In this document: in pieces, positions 9,744-20,001 of the stretch
How positions within the stretch are numbered: the stretch's first letter is position 1
How the letters are laid out: every line of letters begins with the position of its first letter
NCBI GenBank assembly: GCA_963840495.1
Contig: CAWIZN010000044.1
Coordinates: 2,055-66,054 of the forward strand
DNA: 64,000 nucleotides
DNA from: an uncultured Candidatus Rokubacteria bacterium
GTDB lineage: Bacteria > Methylomirabilota > Methylomirabilia > Rokubacteriales > CSP1-6
Direction of reading: 5' to 3'
Program-made: the position numbers and the translations under genes
The notes under the pieces: generated by a model
Seen by the model: the letters and a program-made list of their open reading frames with translations, nothing else
The model's database searches: none
Told to the model about the DNA's origin: nothing

Positions 9744-9925
9744 GGCACTGGGGCAAGTTGCGAGTCAGGCGAGGCGCGAGCGGCCCGGCAGCCCGAGGCG
9801 TACGTGCGGTTGGGCGAGCCGCAGCCGTAGGCGAGGCGAGCGGATATGGAGCCGGGCGAGCGTGAGCGAGCCTCGTCGAGCCGGCGTCGAGTGGCAGTCT
9901 CGGCGAAGCAAATTGCCCCAGTGCC
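9744..9925. repeat. Intergenic repeat family B, full-length copy with terminal inverted repeats
   Basis: The ends are GGCACTGGGGCAAGTTGC and GCAAATTGCCCCAGTGCC. The GCGAG-rich interior is shared with 39960-40043 (reverse), 23979-24038 and, more loosely, 62048-62170. Confidence 0.7.
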
Positions 9926-9973
9926 TAGTGCGTTTGACAAGGGCCGCGGCGCGCACTATCCTCGCCGCCCGTC

Positions 9974-11472
9974 ATGATCCTCGCCCTCGACATCGGCAGC
10001 TCCTCGGCCCGCGCCACGCTCTACGACGATGCCGGCGCGGCGGTGGAGGGCGGCTCGCGGCAGGTCGAGTACCACGCGCGGGTCACCGCGGACGGCGGCG
10101 TGGAGCACGATGCGCAGCACCTGCTCGAGGCGGCGGCGGCGTGCATCGACGCGGTGCTCCCGGCGGCCCGCGACGTCGCGGCCGTCGGCATCTCCACGTT
10201 CTGGCACGGCCTCCTCGGCTTCGACGGGGCGGGGCGGCCCGCGACCCCGCTGTACATGTACTCGGACACGCGGAGCGCGGGCGAGGCCGAGGCGCTCGGC
10301 CGGCGGCTCGACGAGGCGGCCGTGCGGGCGCGCACCGGCTGCCCGCTGCACACGTCCTACTGGCCGGCCAAGCTCCGATGGCTCGCGGCGGGCCCGTCCA
10401 CGGTCCGCCCGGCGCGGTGGGGCTCCATCGGCGAGCTGCTCGCCGCCGAGTGGCTGGGCCGCGGCCGTCACCAGCATCTCGATGGCCTCGGCGACCGGCC
10501 TCTTCGATCAGGAGCGCCAGGACTGGGATCCCGAGATGCTCGACGCGGCCGGGCCTCGACGAGCGGCGGCTCTTCCCGCTCGCGGACCTCGATCAGGGCC
10601 TGACGCTCCGCGAGCCCTGGGCGAGCCGGTGGGCGAAGCTCAGGCGCGCGGTCTGGTATCCCGCCATCGGCGACGGCGCCGCGGGCAGTGTGGGCTCCGG
10701 CTGCACCGATCGCACGCGGGTGGCGATCAATGTCGGCACGTCGTCGGCGATGCGGCTGGTGACCGATGCGCCGCGGGCGGCGCCGCCGTGGGGGCTGTGG
10801 CGCTACCGGCTGGACGCCCGCCGCTCCGTCGTGGGCGGCTCCCTGTCCGAGGGGGGCAACGTGTACGCGTGGTGCGCCGGCACGCTCGACCTCGGCGAGC
10901 CCGACGCGATCGAGCGGGCGCTGATCGCCGACGCGGACACCGAGCACGGGCTGGCGGTGCTCCCGCTCCTCGCGGGCGAGCGCAGCCCGGGCTGGAGCGC
11001 GCGGGCTCGGGGCGCCATCACGGGGCTGTCGCTCGCCACCACGCCGATCGACATCCTGCGCGCGTCGCTCGAGAGCGTGGCCCTTCGGCTCGCCCTCATC
11101 TACGATCTCCTGGCGCCGCTCACCGCGCCGGGCCACGAGATCGTCGCCTCCGGCGGCGCGCTCGTCCGCTCGGCGGCCTGGGTCCAGATGATCGCCGATG
11201 CGCTCGGCCGACCGCTCGTGGTGGCGCGCGAGCGCGAGGCGTCGAGCCGCGGCGTGGCCCTGCTCGCCTCGGCCGCGCTCGGCCGGCTGGGCGATCTCGG
11301 GGCGGCGGCTCGCCAGGACGGCGTGCGCGTCGAGCCCGATGCGCGGCGCCACCAGCGCTACGGCGATCTCCGGGCGCGCCAGGCCCGGCTGTACGCCGCG
11401 CTCGTCGGCGACGGCCGCGCGCCGGCCGCCGGCCCCGCGCCGCCGCTTCCCAGGCCGGATCTTCCCGGGTAG
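9974..11472 (+). CDS. FGGY-family carbohydrate kinase (gluconokinase/xylulokinase-like), broken by two frameshifts as given
   Basis: The N-part MILALDIGSSSARATLYD.. is ORF 9974..10603. The middle SMASATGLFDQERQDWDPEMLDAAG is in the frame of ORF 10029... The C-part LDERRLFPL..VAINVGTSSAM..LLAGERSPGW..ASGGAL.. is in the frame of ORF 9724..11472. The breaks are near 10460 and 10550. Confidence 0.8.
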
Positions 11473-11543
11473 ACTTCTCGAATCATCCGATTCGAACCGA
11501 TTCGAGGCGCGGGGCCAGGCGGGCCCCGACAAGGGGGAGCGCA

Positions 11544-12327
11544 TTGGAGGTGACCGATCTCAAGCAGGCGTTCGATCTCGCCGGGCGCGTGGCGGTGGTG
11601 ACGGGCGGCAATGGCGGCATCGGCCTCGGCATGGCGCGCGGCATGGCCGCGGCGGGCGCCGCCATCGTGGTGGCGGGCAGGAATCGCGACAAGAGCCGGC
11701 GCGCGGTGGCAGAGCTTGGAAGGCCTCGGCGCCAAGGCCGTGGCGATCGAGGTCGACGTCACGGACGAAGCCTCCGTCGTGGCGCTCGTGGCCCAGACGG
11801 TGGAGCGGCTCGGCCGCCTGGACGTGCTCGTGAACAATGCCGGGATCAATATCCGGAAGCCGCCGCACGAGCTGGATCTTCGCGAATGGCGGCAGGTGAT
11901 CGACACCAATCTCACCAGCGCGTTCATGGCGAGCCACGCCGCGCATCCGGTGATGAAGAAGCAGGGCGGCGGGAAGATCATCAATATCGGCTCGATGATG
12001 TCCATCTTCGGCGCGGCCTTCGCGCCGGCCTACGCGGCCTCGAAGGGCGGCATCGTGCAGCTCACGCGCTCCATGGCCACGGCCTGGGCGCCCCACCACA
12101 TCCAGGTCAACGCCGTCCTGCCCGGGTGGATCGACACCGAGCTCACGACCAATGCCCGCCGCGAGGTGCCCGGCCTGCACGAGCGCGTGCTGTCGCGCAT
12201 CCCCGAAGGCCGGTGGGGCGCGGGCGATGACATGGCGGGCGTCGCGGTCTTCCTCGCCAGCCGCGCCTCGGACTACGTCACGGGGACGGCGATCCCGGTC
12301 GATGGCGGCTATTCGATCATGAGCTAG
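11544..12327 (+). CDS. SDR-family oxidoreductase (FabG/gluconate-5-dehydrogenase-like), one frameshift near 11717
   Basis: TTG 11544 after a GGGGGAG RBS. The N-part VTDLKQAFDLAGRVAVVTGGNGGIGLGMA is in the frame of ORF 10029.., and the remainder is ORF 11611..12327 (NNAGIN, YAASKGG, PVDGGYS). Confidence 0.8.
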
Positions 12328-12330
12328 GTC

Positions 12331-13108
12331 ATGCGCGCTGCTCGCCTGCTGCTCCTGCTCTCCGCTCTGATCCTGTTCGGCTGTGCATCGGTGCCGCCGA
12401 TCGACGCCGTCGCCGCGCGGCCCGCGCCGCCCGCGGCGATCCGCTTCGGGGTGGACACCTTCGCCTTTCCCAATGAGAGCCGGAGCAAGAACCGGGGCAA
12501 GCCCGACCTCTATGCCAACTACTGCTTCGTGATGGTGCGCGCGGTCACGCAGTTCCACCGCTTCGCGCGCTTCGATCCGGCCGGCGACGAAGCTCTCATC
12601 GGATGAATACGAGGCCCGCGTGGCCCGGGTCGTGTCGCGCTCGCCCTGGGCAGACCCGCTCCCCGCCGACGATCGCGTCGTCATCCCCGGCTACGCCTCG
12701 CTCTACGAGCTGTCGCGCGCCGAGGAGAAGGCGGTCAAGGCCGGCCTCGGCTCGGCGTTCTGGAGCTGGGTGCACTGGACGAACTGGCGCGTCGTGTTTC
12801 CGATGCCCGGCGCCCAGCAGGAGCGGGTGGCGCGGGAGACGCTGGCCGAGCTCGCCGCCGGGCGGCCCGTGCAGTTCCTCGTGACGAACTTCCCGACCTG
12901 GGAGCTGAATCACACGGTCCTGGCCTACGACTACCGGAGCGTCGACGACGGCGTGATCGAGCTCGTGGTCTACGATCCCAATGATCCGTCCGCGCCGGGC
13001 ATCATCGACTACGACCGCCGGGACCGCCGCTTCCTCGCCACGCGGCTCTACGACACGGACCCGGGCCCGATCCGCGCCTTCCGCATGTACTACCAGCCGC
13101 TGCTCTAG
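12331..13108 (+). CDS. Hypothetical lipoprotein, one frameshift near 12600
   Basis: Lipobox LILFGC in MRAARLLLLLSALILFGCAS (ORF 12331..12606). It continues as ..EYEARVARVVSRSPW.. in ORF 12620..13108. It starts 3 nt after the upstream SDR and ends 3 nt before the KS gene. Confidence 0.6.
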
Positions 13109-13111
13109 AGC

Positions 13112-14297
13112 ATGGCCGTGGCGATCGCCGAGCGGATTGTCATCGAGGCGGGCGGCGTCGTGACGCCCATCGGCCAGGATCTCGAGGCCTTCTGGTCGGC
13201 GCTGGTCACGGGCGCGTCGGGCATCTCGCAGATCGAGCGCTTCCCGGTCGGCGATCTCCGCGTGGGGCGCGGCGGCGAGATCAAGAAGCTCTCGCGGATC
13301 AAGGCGTGGGGCCGCGTGCCGGACTGCCGCGCCACGCGGCTCCTCGTGTCGGCCGCCGACGAGCTGGCCGCGCAGGGCGGGATTCGCTCGGTGGCGCCCG
13401 AGCGCCTGGCCGTGGTCGTCGGCACCGCGCTCGGCGGCGTCGAGGAGGGCGAGCGGGCGCTGGCCGGTGACGCGCGCCGCCGCCGCCTGCGCGATGCCCT
13501 CTACGATGCGCCCGCCCACAACCTCGCCCGATGGCTCGGCGCGCGAGGGCCGGTCATCACCGTGTCGACGGCGTGCGCCTCGGGGGCCACGGCCATGGCG
13601 CTCGGCGCCGATCTCCTCCGGTCGGACGAGGCGGATGCGGTGGTGGCGGGCGGGTACGACGTCCTCTGCCGCTTCGTGATGCGCGGCTTCGATGCGCTGA
13701 GGGCGCTGACCCGCGACGAGATCCGTCCCTTCGACCGCCGCCGGAGCGGGCTCTTGCTGGGCGAAGCCGCCGCCCTGGTCCTCCTGCGCCGCGAGCGCGA
13801 TGCGGCGGGGCCGCGGCTCGGCACGCTGCTCGGCTATGGCAGCGCCAGCGACGCCGCGCACATCTCGGCGCCCGATCCCGAGGGGCAGGGGCTCGAGCGC
13901 GCGGTCCGCGCCGCGCTCCGCGCCGCGGGAATTGGCCCCGATGCCGTCGACTTCGTCAGCGCCCACGGCACCGGCACCCCGCTCAACGACCCGATCGAGG
14001 CGGCGGTCCTCAGCGCGCGTGCTCGGGCCGCGCACCCCGACCGTGCCCGTCAACTCGATCAAGCCGAGCCTCGGCCACACCATGGGCGCCGCGGCCGTGC
14101 TCGAGGCGCTGATGTGCCTCTATGCCTTCCGCCGCGGCCTCATTCCGCCCACGCTCCACCTCGACGAGCCCGATCCCGCCTGCGCGCTCGACCACGTGCG
14201 CGGCGCCGCACGCGCGGCGCGCCCGCGGATCAGCCTCAGCACCTCGCTCGGCTTCGGCGGCTGCAATGCCGCGCTCGTGCTCGAGGGCGCGCCATGA
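13112..14297 (+). CDS. Beta-ketoacyl-ACP synthase (KAS I/II type, catalytic), one frameshift near 14020
   Basis: Cys-His-His motifs VSTACASGATAM, VSAHGTGTPLND and (in the frame of ORF 13800..14297) NSIKPSLGHTMGAAAVLE. The C-terminus is SLGFGGCNAALVLEG. Confidence 0.85.
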
Positions 14298-15106
14298 CGC
14301 GGGCGCCGGTCGTGCGCGGCCTGGGCGTGATCTCCGGATGGGGCCGGGGCGCCGCCGCGCTGCCGGAGGACGCGCGCGCCGCGGCGGCGGGACGCCCGGT
14401 GCTCTCCCTCGGCCGCCTCGCGCGCGACGGCGACGCGTGGCGGCGCACCACGCGCGAGGGCCTGATCGCCGTCGCCGCCGTGGAGGCGGCGCTCGACGAC
14501 GCGGGCGCGGGCCCGGGGGCCATCGCCGGCGCGCGCACGGCGCTCGTCTACGTGACCGCGGCCGCCTACGGCCCCTCCAACCGGCGCTTCATCGAGGGCC
14601 GGGGCGGCAGCATCCGCTTCGCGGAGACGGCCCCGGCCATCGTGCCCGCCGAGGTGGCCATCGCGCTCGGCGTGTGCGGCCCCTACGCCATCCTCCTCGG
14701 CGGTCCGCCCACGACGCTCCGGGCCATCCACCATGCCGCGGTCCTCCTCGAGTCCGGCGCGTGCGACCGCGCGCTGGTCCTGGCCGTCGAGATCTTCGAG
14801 GAATGCGCGGACCTCTACGCCCGCGCCGGTCGATTGACCGCCCATCCCCTGGTCGAAGCCGCCGCCTGCCTCTGGCTCGAGCCCGGCCGGGGCACGCTGC
14901 ATCTCGAGCCCGGCCCACCGCGCCGGCCCAATGCCGCCCTCCGCCGGAGACTCGGCGAGACCTTCTCCGTCGAGCCCCTCGCCGCGCTGGATTTCTGGCG
15001 TCAGAGCCCCACGCGAGGCACACTGGAGCTGGCCGCCCGCTGGCGCGGTCAATCCACCCGGCTGCTCTGGACCGAAGCAATGATGCCCTTCGCGGAGGCC
15101 GTGTGA
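14294..15106 (+). CDS. Short KS-fold protein without catalytic triad (chain-length-factor/ApeC-like partner)
   Basis: ATG 14294 overlaps the upstream TGA (ATGA). About 270 aa within track ORF 13112..15106 (MTRAPVVRGLGVISGWG...). It has a thiolase-like pattern but no CxSG or HGTGT motifs. Confidence 0.6.
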   Translation: MTRAPVVRGLGVISGWGRGAAALPEDARAAAAGRPVLSLGRLARDGDAWRRTTREGLIAVAAVEAALDDAGAGPGAIAGARTALVYVTAAAYGPSNRRFIEGRGGSIRFAETAPAIVPAEVAIALGVCGPYAILLGGPPTTLRAIHHAAVLLESGACDRALVLAVEIFEECADLYARAGRLTAHPLVEAAACLWLEPGRGTLHLEPGPPRRPNAALRRRLGETFSVEPLAALDFWRQSPTRGTLELAARWRGQSTRLLWTEAMMPFAEAV

Positions 15107-15378
15107 CTGAGAAGGAAGTCCTGGACGACCTGAAGACGATCATCGTCGAGCGGCTGCGCTTCGATCCGGCTCGCGCCGCCGAGATGACCCTCGACACCAC
15201 GCTGCCCAAGGGCGTCGACGGCTCGCTCGGGCTCGACTCCCTCGACTTCATCGAGCTGTCCGTGGGCATCGAGGAGCGCTTCGGCATCGTGATCGACGAG
15301 CGCGAAGATCTGAGCGACGAGTTCCTCTCCCTCGAGAGCCTGGCGCGCTTCGTCCTGTCCAAGTCCGCGAAGGGATGA
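15103..15378 (+). CDS. Acyl carrier protein
   Basis: GTG 15103 overlaps the upstream stop (GTGTGA). 91 aa, VTEKEVLDDLKTIIVERL...LGLDSLDFIELSVGIEERF, carrying the DSL phosphopantetheine motif. Confidence 0.85.
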   Translation: MTEKEVLDDLKTIIVERLRFDPARAAEMTLDTTLPKGVDGSLGLDSLDFIELSVGIEERFGIVIDEREDLSDEFLSLESLARFVLSKSAKG

Positions 15379-16587
15379 CCCGGGCCGCGTCGCCGCGCGT
15401 CGTCGTCAGCGGGCTCGGGGTCGTGAGCCCGTACGGCGCCGGCGTCAAGAGCCTGTGGACGGGCCTGTCCGCGGGCGCCTGCGCCATCCGCCCGGTCACC
15501 GCCATCGAGACGGAGGGGCTGCGCTCCCGCGTGGCCGCGGAGGTGCCCGCGGAGGTGCTGGTGGGGCTCGGGGCGTCGCGCCGGCGCTCGAGGGCCGACC
15601 GGCTCGCGCTCGCGGCGGCGGCCGAGGCGATGGCCGACGCGGGGCTCGAGCGGACGGGATCGGCGCCAGGCGGCCTGCCTCGTCGGGGCGGTGGGCGGCG
15701 GCATGCACGAGGCCGAGGCGTGGTACTGGGATGAGGTGCGGAGCGGGCGGCCCGCGCCCGGGCGCCGGCGCGCCCTTCGCTCCGTCCTGCCGCGCGCGCA
15801 CGCCGACGCGGTGGCCTTCCGTTTCGGGCTCGAGGGCCCGCGCGAGACGCTGGTGATGGCGTGCGCATCCGGCGCCGCCTCCATCGCGCTCGGCGCGGAC
15901 CTGATCCGCGACGGCGTGGTCGACGTGGCGCTGGTCGGCGGCGTCGACGCGCTCACGCGCATCTGCTTCATGGGCTTCAATGCGCTCAAGCTGCTCGCTC
16001 CCGAGCCGTGCCGGCCCTTCGACCGCGACCGCCGCGGCATGTCCATCGGCGAGGCCGCCGCGTTCCTCGTCCTCGAGGAAGCCGGGCGCTGTCGCGCGCG
16101 CGGGGGGCGCGCCCACGCCGAGCTGGCCGGCGCGGCGATGACGACGGACGCCCATCACGTGACCGCGCCGCATCCGGAAGGGGAGGGGATGATCCGCGCC
16201 ATGTCGCTGGCGCTCGGATCAGCAGCCATGGCGTCGGGCGAGATCGGCTACGTCAATGCCCACGGCACGGGCACCCCCCAGAACGACCGCATCGAGGCCC
16301 TCGCGCTCGCCCGCGTGTTCGGGGAGGGCCGGGTGCTGGTGAGCTCGTCGAAGTCGCTCGTGGGCCACACCATGGCCGCCGCGGGCAGCGTCGAGGCCAT
16401 CGCCACCATCCTCGCCCTCGAGCACGGCCTCGTGCCCCCGACCGCCAACCTGACCGAGATCGATCCCGCGGTGCCCTTCGACTGCGTGCCCGGCGCGGCC
16501 CGTCCGGCCGACCTGGGGGCGGCGCTGTCCAACTCGTTCGGCTTCGGGGGGCAGAACGTGAGTCTGATCTTCAGCCGGTTCGCTTGA
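15375..16587 (+). CDS. Beta-ketoacyl-ACP synthase (catalytic), one frameshift near 15670
   Basis: ATGA overlap with the ACP stop. The N-part is ORF 15375..15734 (VVVSGLGVVSPYG) and the remainder is ORF 15691..16587, with LVMACASGAASI, VNAHGTGTPQND, SLVGHTMAAAGSVE and SFGFGGQNVSLIF. Confidence 0.85.
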
Positions 16588-16588
16588 C

Positions 16589-18823
16589 ATGACGGGCTCG
16601 TCCGAGCCAACCTCTCCACCCGAGCGGCGGCGGGTGGTCATCACCGGGATGGGCACGGTCAATGCGCTCACCTCGGGGGGGAGATCTGCAGTGGCGGAGG
16701 CGCTCGCCCTCGGCCGATCGGGGATCGGGCCGCTTCGCGGCTTTGTCCCGGAGCCGGGCACGAGCGGGCTCGCGGCCGAGATCGACGACGCGCGGCTGGC
16801 CGCCCTCGTCGATCCGGCCGAGGCCCGCAGGCTCTCGCGGATCTGCCGCCTCACGGTGGCGGCGTGCCGCTTTGCGGTGGAGGATTCGGGGGTCGGATCC
16901 GGGCCCGGGCTCGCCATCGTCGTCGGCTCGGAGCACGGCGATTTCCGCTCGAGCGAGGAGTTCGCGAGGGGATATCTGCAGCGCGGGCTCGCGGGGCTCT
17001 CGCCGATGATCTTCCCCAATACCGTGATGAACACGATGGCCTCGGTGGCGGCCATCGCGGTGGGCGCGCGGGCACCCTCGGTCACGCTCAACCAGCCGAC
17101 CATCGTCGGCGACCTCGCGGTGGCCCGGGCGGCGGCGATCGTCGCGCGCGGAGATGCGGAGGCGGCGGTCGCCGGCGGCGTGGACGAGATCTGCGCCCTC
17201 GTCTATCGCCACCTCCGCGGTCTCGGGGCGCTGTCGCCGATGCGGGGCGGCGGGCCCGAGGGCTGCCGGCCCTATGCGGCGGATCACAATGGCCCGGTGC
17301 TCGGCGAGGGCGCGACGTTTCTCGTGCTCGAGAGCCTCGACGCCGCGCGCGCGCGGGGGGCGAGCATCGTCGCCGAGCTCGTGGACCAGGCCTGGGGGAA
17401 TGTGCCGGCGCCGGCGCACGCGGCGCGGCCGGGTCGGGCGGATCGCGGCTCGCCCGTCGGCCGCCTGCTCGCCGCGCACGCGGTCGCCGGCTTCCGCCGC
17501 GTGTACGGCGCCGGGAACGGCGACGCCGGCGTCGACGACTGGGAGCGCGGGCTGCTGGCGCGCGATCTCGGGCCGCGCGATGCCCCGCCGCTGTCCCTGG
17601 CGCCGCTCTTCGGCCAGCACGGAGGCCTGGGCGCGCTGCGCGTGGCCGCGGCGGCGCTGGACGCGGCGCGCGGCGTATCCCCCGTGCTCGTCCACGGGAT
17701 CGCGCGCGGCGGCTGTCGGACCGCGCTGATCGTCGCGGCCCTGGACCCTGTGACGGCCGGGACCATGAGTGATCACCTGATCGTCATCCCCGTCCACAAC
17801 GAGGCCGGCACCATCGGCGACGTGGTGCGGGGCGCCGCGCGCCACGGCGACGTCCTCGTCGTGGACGACGGCTCGACGGACGGCTCGAGCGAGGTGGCGG
17901 CGTCCGCAGGGGCCGACGTGATCCGGCTCGCGCGGCGGGGCGGCAAGGGGGCGGCGCTCCGCCGTGGGCTGACCGAGGCGCTCGCGCGCGACGCCCAGCG
18001 CGTCGTCACCATGGACGGCGATGGCCAGCACGATCCCGACGACCTCCCGCGGCTCCTCGCGGCGGCCGCCCAGGCGCCGGACGCGCTCGTCATCGGTGGG
18101 CGACTGGGCGGGATCGGGCAGCGCGCGGCGGAGTTGCCCCTTCCCTCCGGCCGGGTCGCGGCGATACGCGTGGCCGGATTCTTCATCAACTGGCTCACCG
18201 GCGCTGCCGTGTCCGACACGCAATCGGGGTTTCGCGTCTACCCCGCCGGCCTGATCGACGCCGTGCGCCCGCGCCGCGGAGGCTTCGTCCTCGAGTCGGA
18301 GATGCTGGTCGGCGCGGCCGCCCGCGGGTGGCGCCTCGTCGAGGTGCCGGTGGCGGCCATCCACTTCGCCGAGCGGCGCAGCCGCTTCCGTCCCGTCCGC
18401 GATGGCACCGCCGTCGGCACCTACCTGGCGGCGCGGATCGCGAGGCGCTGGTGCGGGGAGGCGTGGCTGATCGCCCGGGCGCTCTGCCGTCCCTTCACCG
18501 CGGCGCGGCGGCGGCCGCGGCATCGCGAGCTCGGCCGAGTTCACCGTCGTCCCACCGCCACCATCCGGCGGCGTGGGCGGCGGCGGTCGGGGTGTTCACG
18601 CGTGGACCGCACGCTCGCGACATGGCGGGATTGGCTGCGCGATCCGCGGGTGCGGCGCATGCGCGTGGCGGCGGTGGCGACGGCCGCCACGCCCGCGCTG
18701 CTGGCCCTGGCCCTCGCCACGCCGGCGCTGCGGCGCCTCGGCCTCGATCCCATTCCCGCCTTCGTCGACCGGTTCTACTCCCAGGAGCGCCTGGCCGGCG
18801 CCGCGGCCGAGCCATCTCCGTGA
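16589..18823 (+). CDS. Non-catalytic KS-like domain (active-site Cys replaced by Gln) fused in frame to a GT2 polyprenyl-phosphate-type glycosyltransferase with a hydrophobic tail
   Basis: Single 744-aa ORF. The KS fold has SVTLNQPTIVG where the neighbouring KS genes have TACASG. From ATG 17765 it reads MSDHLIVIPVHNEAGTI..VVDDGSTDGS..TMDGDGQHDP.., a GT2 domain. No stop lies between the two domains. Confidence 0.7.
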   Translation: MTGSSEPTSPPERRRVVITGMGTVNALTSGGRSAVAEALALGRSGIGPLRGFVPEPGTSGLAAEIDDARLAALVDPAEARRLSRICRLTVAACRFAVEDSGVGSGPGLAIVVGSEHGDFRSSEEFARGYLQRGLAGLSPMIFPNTVMNTMASVAAIAVGARAPSVTLNQPTIVGDLAVARAAAIVARGDAEAAVAGGVDEICALVYRHLRGLGALSPMRGGGPEGCRPYAADHNGPVLGEGATFLVLESLDAARARGASIVAELVDQAWGNVPAPAHAARPGRADRGSPVGRLLAAHAVAGFRRVYGAGNGDAGVDDWERGLLARDLGPRDAPPLSLAPLFGQHGGLGALRVAAAALDAARGVSPVLVHGIARGGCRTALIVAALDPVTAGTMSDHLIVIPVHNEAGTIGDVVRGAARHGDVLVVDDGSTDGSSEVAASAGADVIRLARRGGKGAALRRGLTEALARDAQRVVTMDGDGQHDPDDLPRLLAAAAQAPDALVIGGRLGGIGQRAAELPLPSGRVAAIRVAGFFINWLTGAAVSDTQSGFRVYPAGLIDAVRPRRGGFVLESEMLVGAAARGWRLVEVPVAAIHFAERRSRFRPVRDGTAVGTYLAARIARRWCGEAWLIARALCRPFTAARRRPRHRELGRVHRRPTATIRRRGRRRSGCSRVDRTLATWRDWLRDPRVRRMRVAAVATAATPALLALALATPALRRLGLDPIPAFVDRFYSQERLAGAAAEPSP

Positions 18824-19998
18824 GGAGGCTCCTGCCGCGCGGCTACCTGTTCACCGTGCTCGGCATCGCGGTGGGCGTGGCGGGGCTGGTGGCGCTCGGG
18901 GCGATGGCCGAGCGCATCTCGCGCTTCATCGAGGGCGGCGACCGCTTCGTCCTCGGCCAGATCTCGGTGGCCGGCGAGGGCATGGGGATGGGCGCGGGCT
19001 TCACCGCGGGCGGGCTGCTCCGCGCCGCCAAGATCGCCGAGATCGCCCGGGTCCCCGGCGTGGCGGCCGCCCAGCCGCAGGTGATGCTGCCGCTCAAGAC
19101 CACGACCTCGCAGTTCCTCACGCTCACCCAGGAATTGGTGCTGGGCACGGACATGAGCGTGCCCATGGTCAACCGGAACTACCGCGAGCTGCCCGTCCGG
19201 GCCGGCCGCTTTCTCCAGGCGGGCGACCGCGGCGTCGCGGTGCTGGGAACGGATTTCGCCGCCGCGCGCAAGCTCGGCGTGGGCGGCCGCCTCGAGGTGG
19301 CCGGCCTTTCGTGGAGGATCGTCGGCGTGCTCGACAAGACGCTGACGGCGCCGGACCGGTTTGCGATGGTGACGATCGAGGACGCGCGCGACCTCTGGCT
19401 GCGCCGCGATCCGCTCCTCGTCCAGCTCTTCGGGGCGGGCGGGCTCGGGCGCGGGGATCTGAACTCCGGGGCCGCGGTCGCCTGGCAGCCCGGCGAGGAT
19501 CCCGACGCCGTCGCGCGCCGCATCCAGGAGTCCGTGGCGGGCGTCAACGTCACGATTCCCGGCGAGGTGAGCCGGCTCCTCAAGGAGTCGACGGCGTTCT
19601 TCTCGGCGCTGCTCCTGGGCATCGGCGCGCTGGGCCTGGTGATCGGGGGGCTGTCGCTGTCGAACACGGTGACGGCCGCGGTGTTCGAGCGCATCCGCGA
19701 CTTCGGCATCAAGCGCGCGCTCGGGGCGACCGATCTGCACCTGCTGCGCGAGGTCCTGGGCGAGGCGCTCGGCGTGAGCCTCACCGGCGGGGCGGCGGGC
19801 GTCGCGATCGCGCTCGGCATCGGCTGGCTCGTGGATCTGCGCATCCTGCGCGACGGCCAGCAGGTCTTCCTGTTCTCGCCGCGCCTGCTGCTCTTCGCGC
19901 TCGTGTTCTCGGTCGTGCTCGGCGCGCTCGCCGCGGCCTATGCCACGCTGCGCATCGCGCATCTGTCGCCCGCGGAAGCCATCCGCCGCGGCACCTGA
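18820..19998 (+). CDS. ABC transporter permease, FtsX/MacB/LolC-type
   Basis: GTG 18820 overlaps the upstream TGA (GTGA). It has TM1 (LFTVLGIAVGVAGLVALGAM), a large periplasmic domain, then three C-terminal TMs with the FGIKRALGA motif. Confidence 0.8.
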   Translation: MRRLLPRGYLFTVLGIAVGVAGLVALGAMAERISRFIEGGDRFVLGQISVAGEGMGMGAGFTAGGLLRAAKIAEIARVPGVAAAQPQVMLPLKTTTSQFLTLTQELVLGTDMSVPMVNRNYRELPVRAGRFLQAGDRGVAVLGTDFAAARKLGVGGRLEVAGLSWRIVGVLDKTLTAPDRFAMVTIEDARDLWLRRDPLLVQLFGAGGLGRGDLNSGAAVAWQPGEDPDAVARRIQESVAGVNVTIPGEVSRLLKESTAFFSALLLGIGALGLVIGGLSLSNTVTAAVFERIRDFGIKRALGATDLHLLREVLGEALGVSLTGGAAGVAIALGIGWLVDLRILRDGQQVFLFSPRLLLFALVFSVVLGALAAAYATLRIAHLSPAEAIRRGT

Positions 19999-20001
19999 CG
20001 G

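Noticed and set aside
11473-11543. tRNA-like GATTCGAACC motif and hairpin after the FGGY kinase gene
   Set aside because: It is only a short direct repeat (CCGATTCGA twice) plus a 6-bp GC hairpin. There is no acceptor or anticodon arm, and nothing tRNA-sized folds by eye. I recognised no tRNA or rRNA anywhere in the window.
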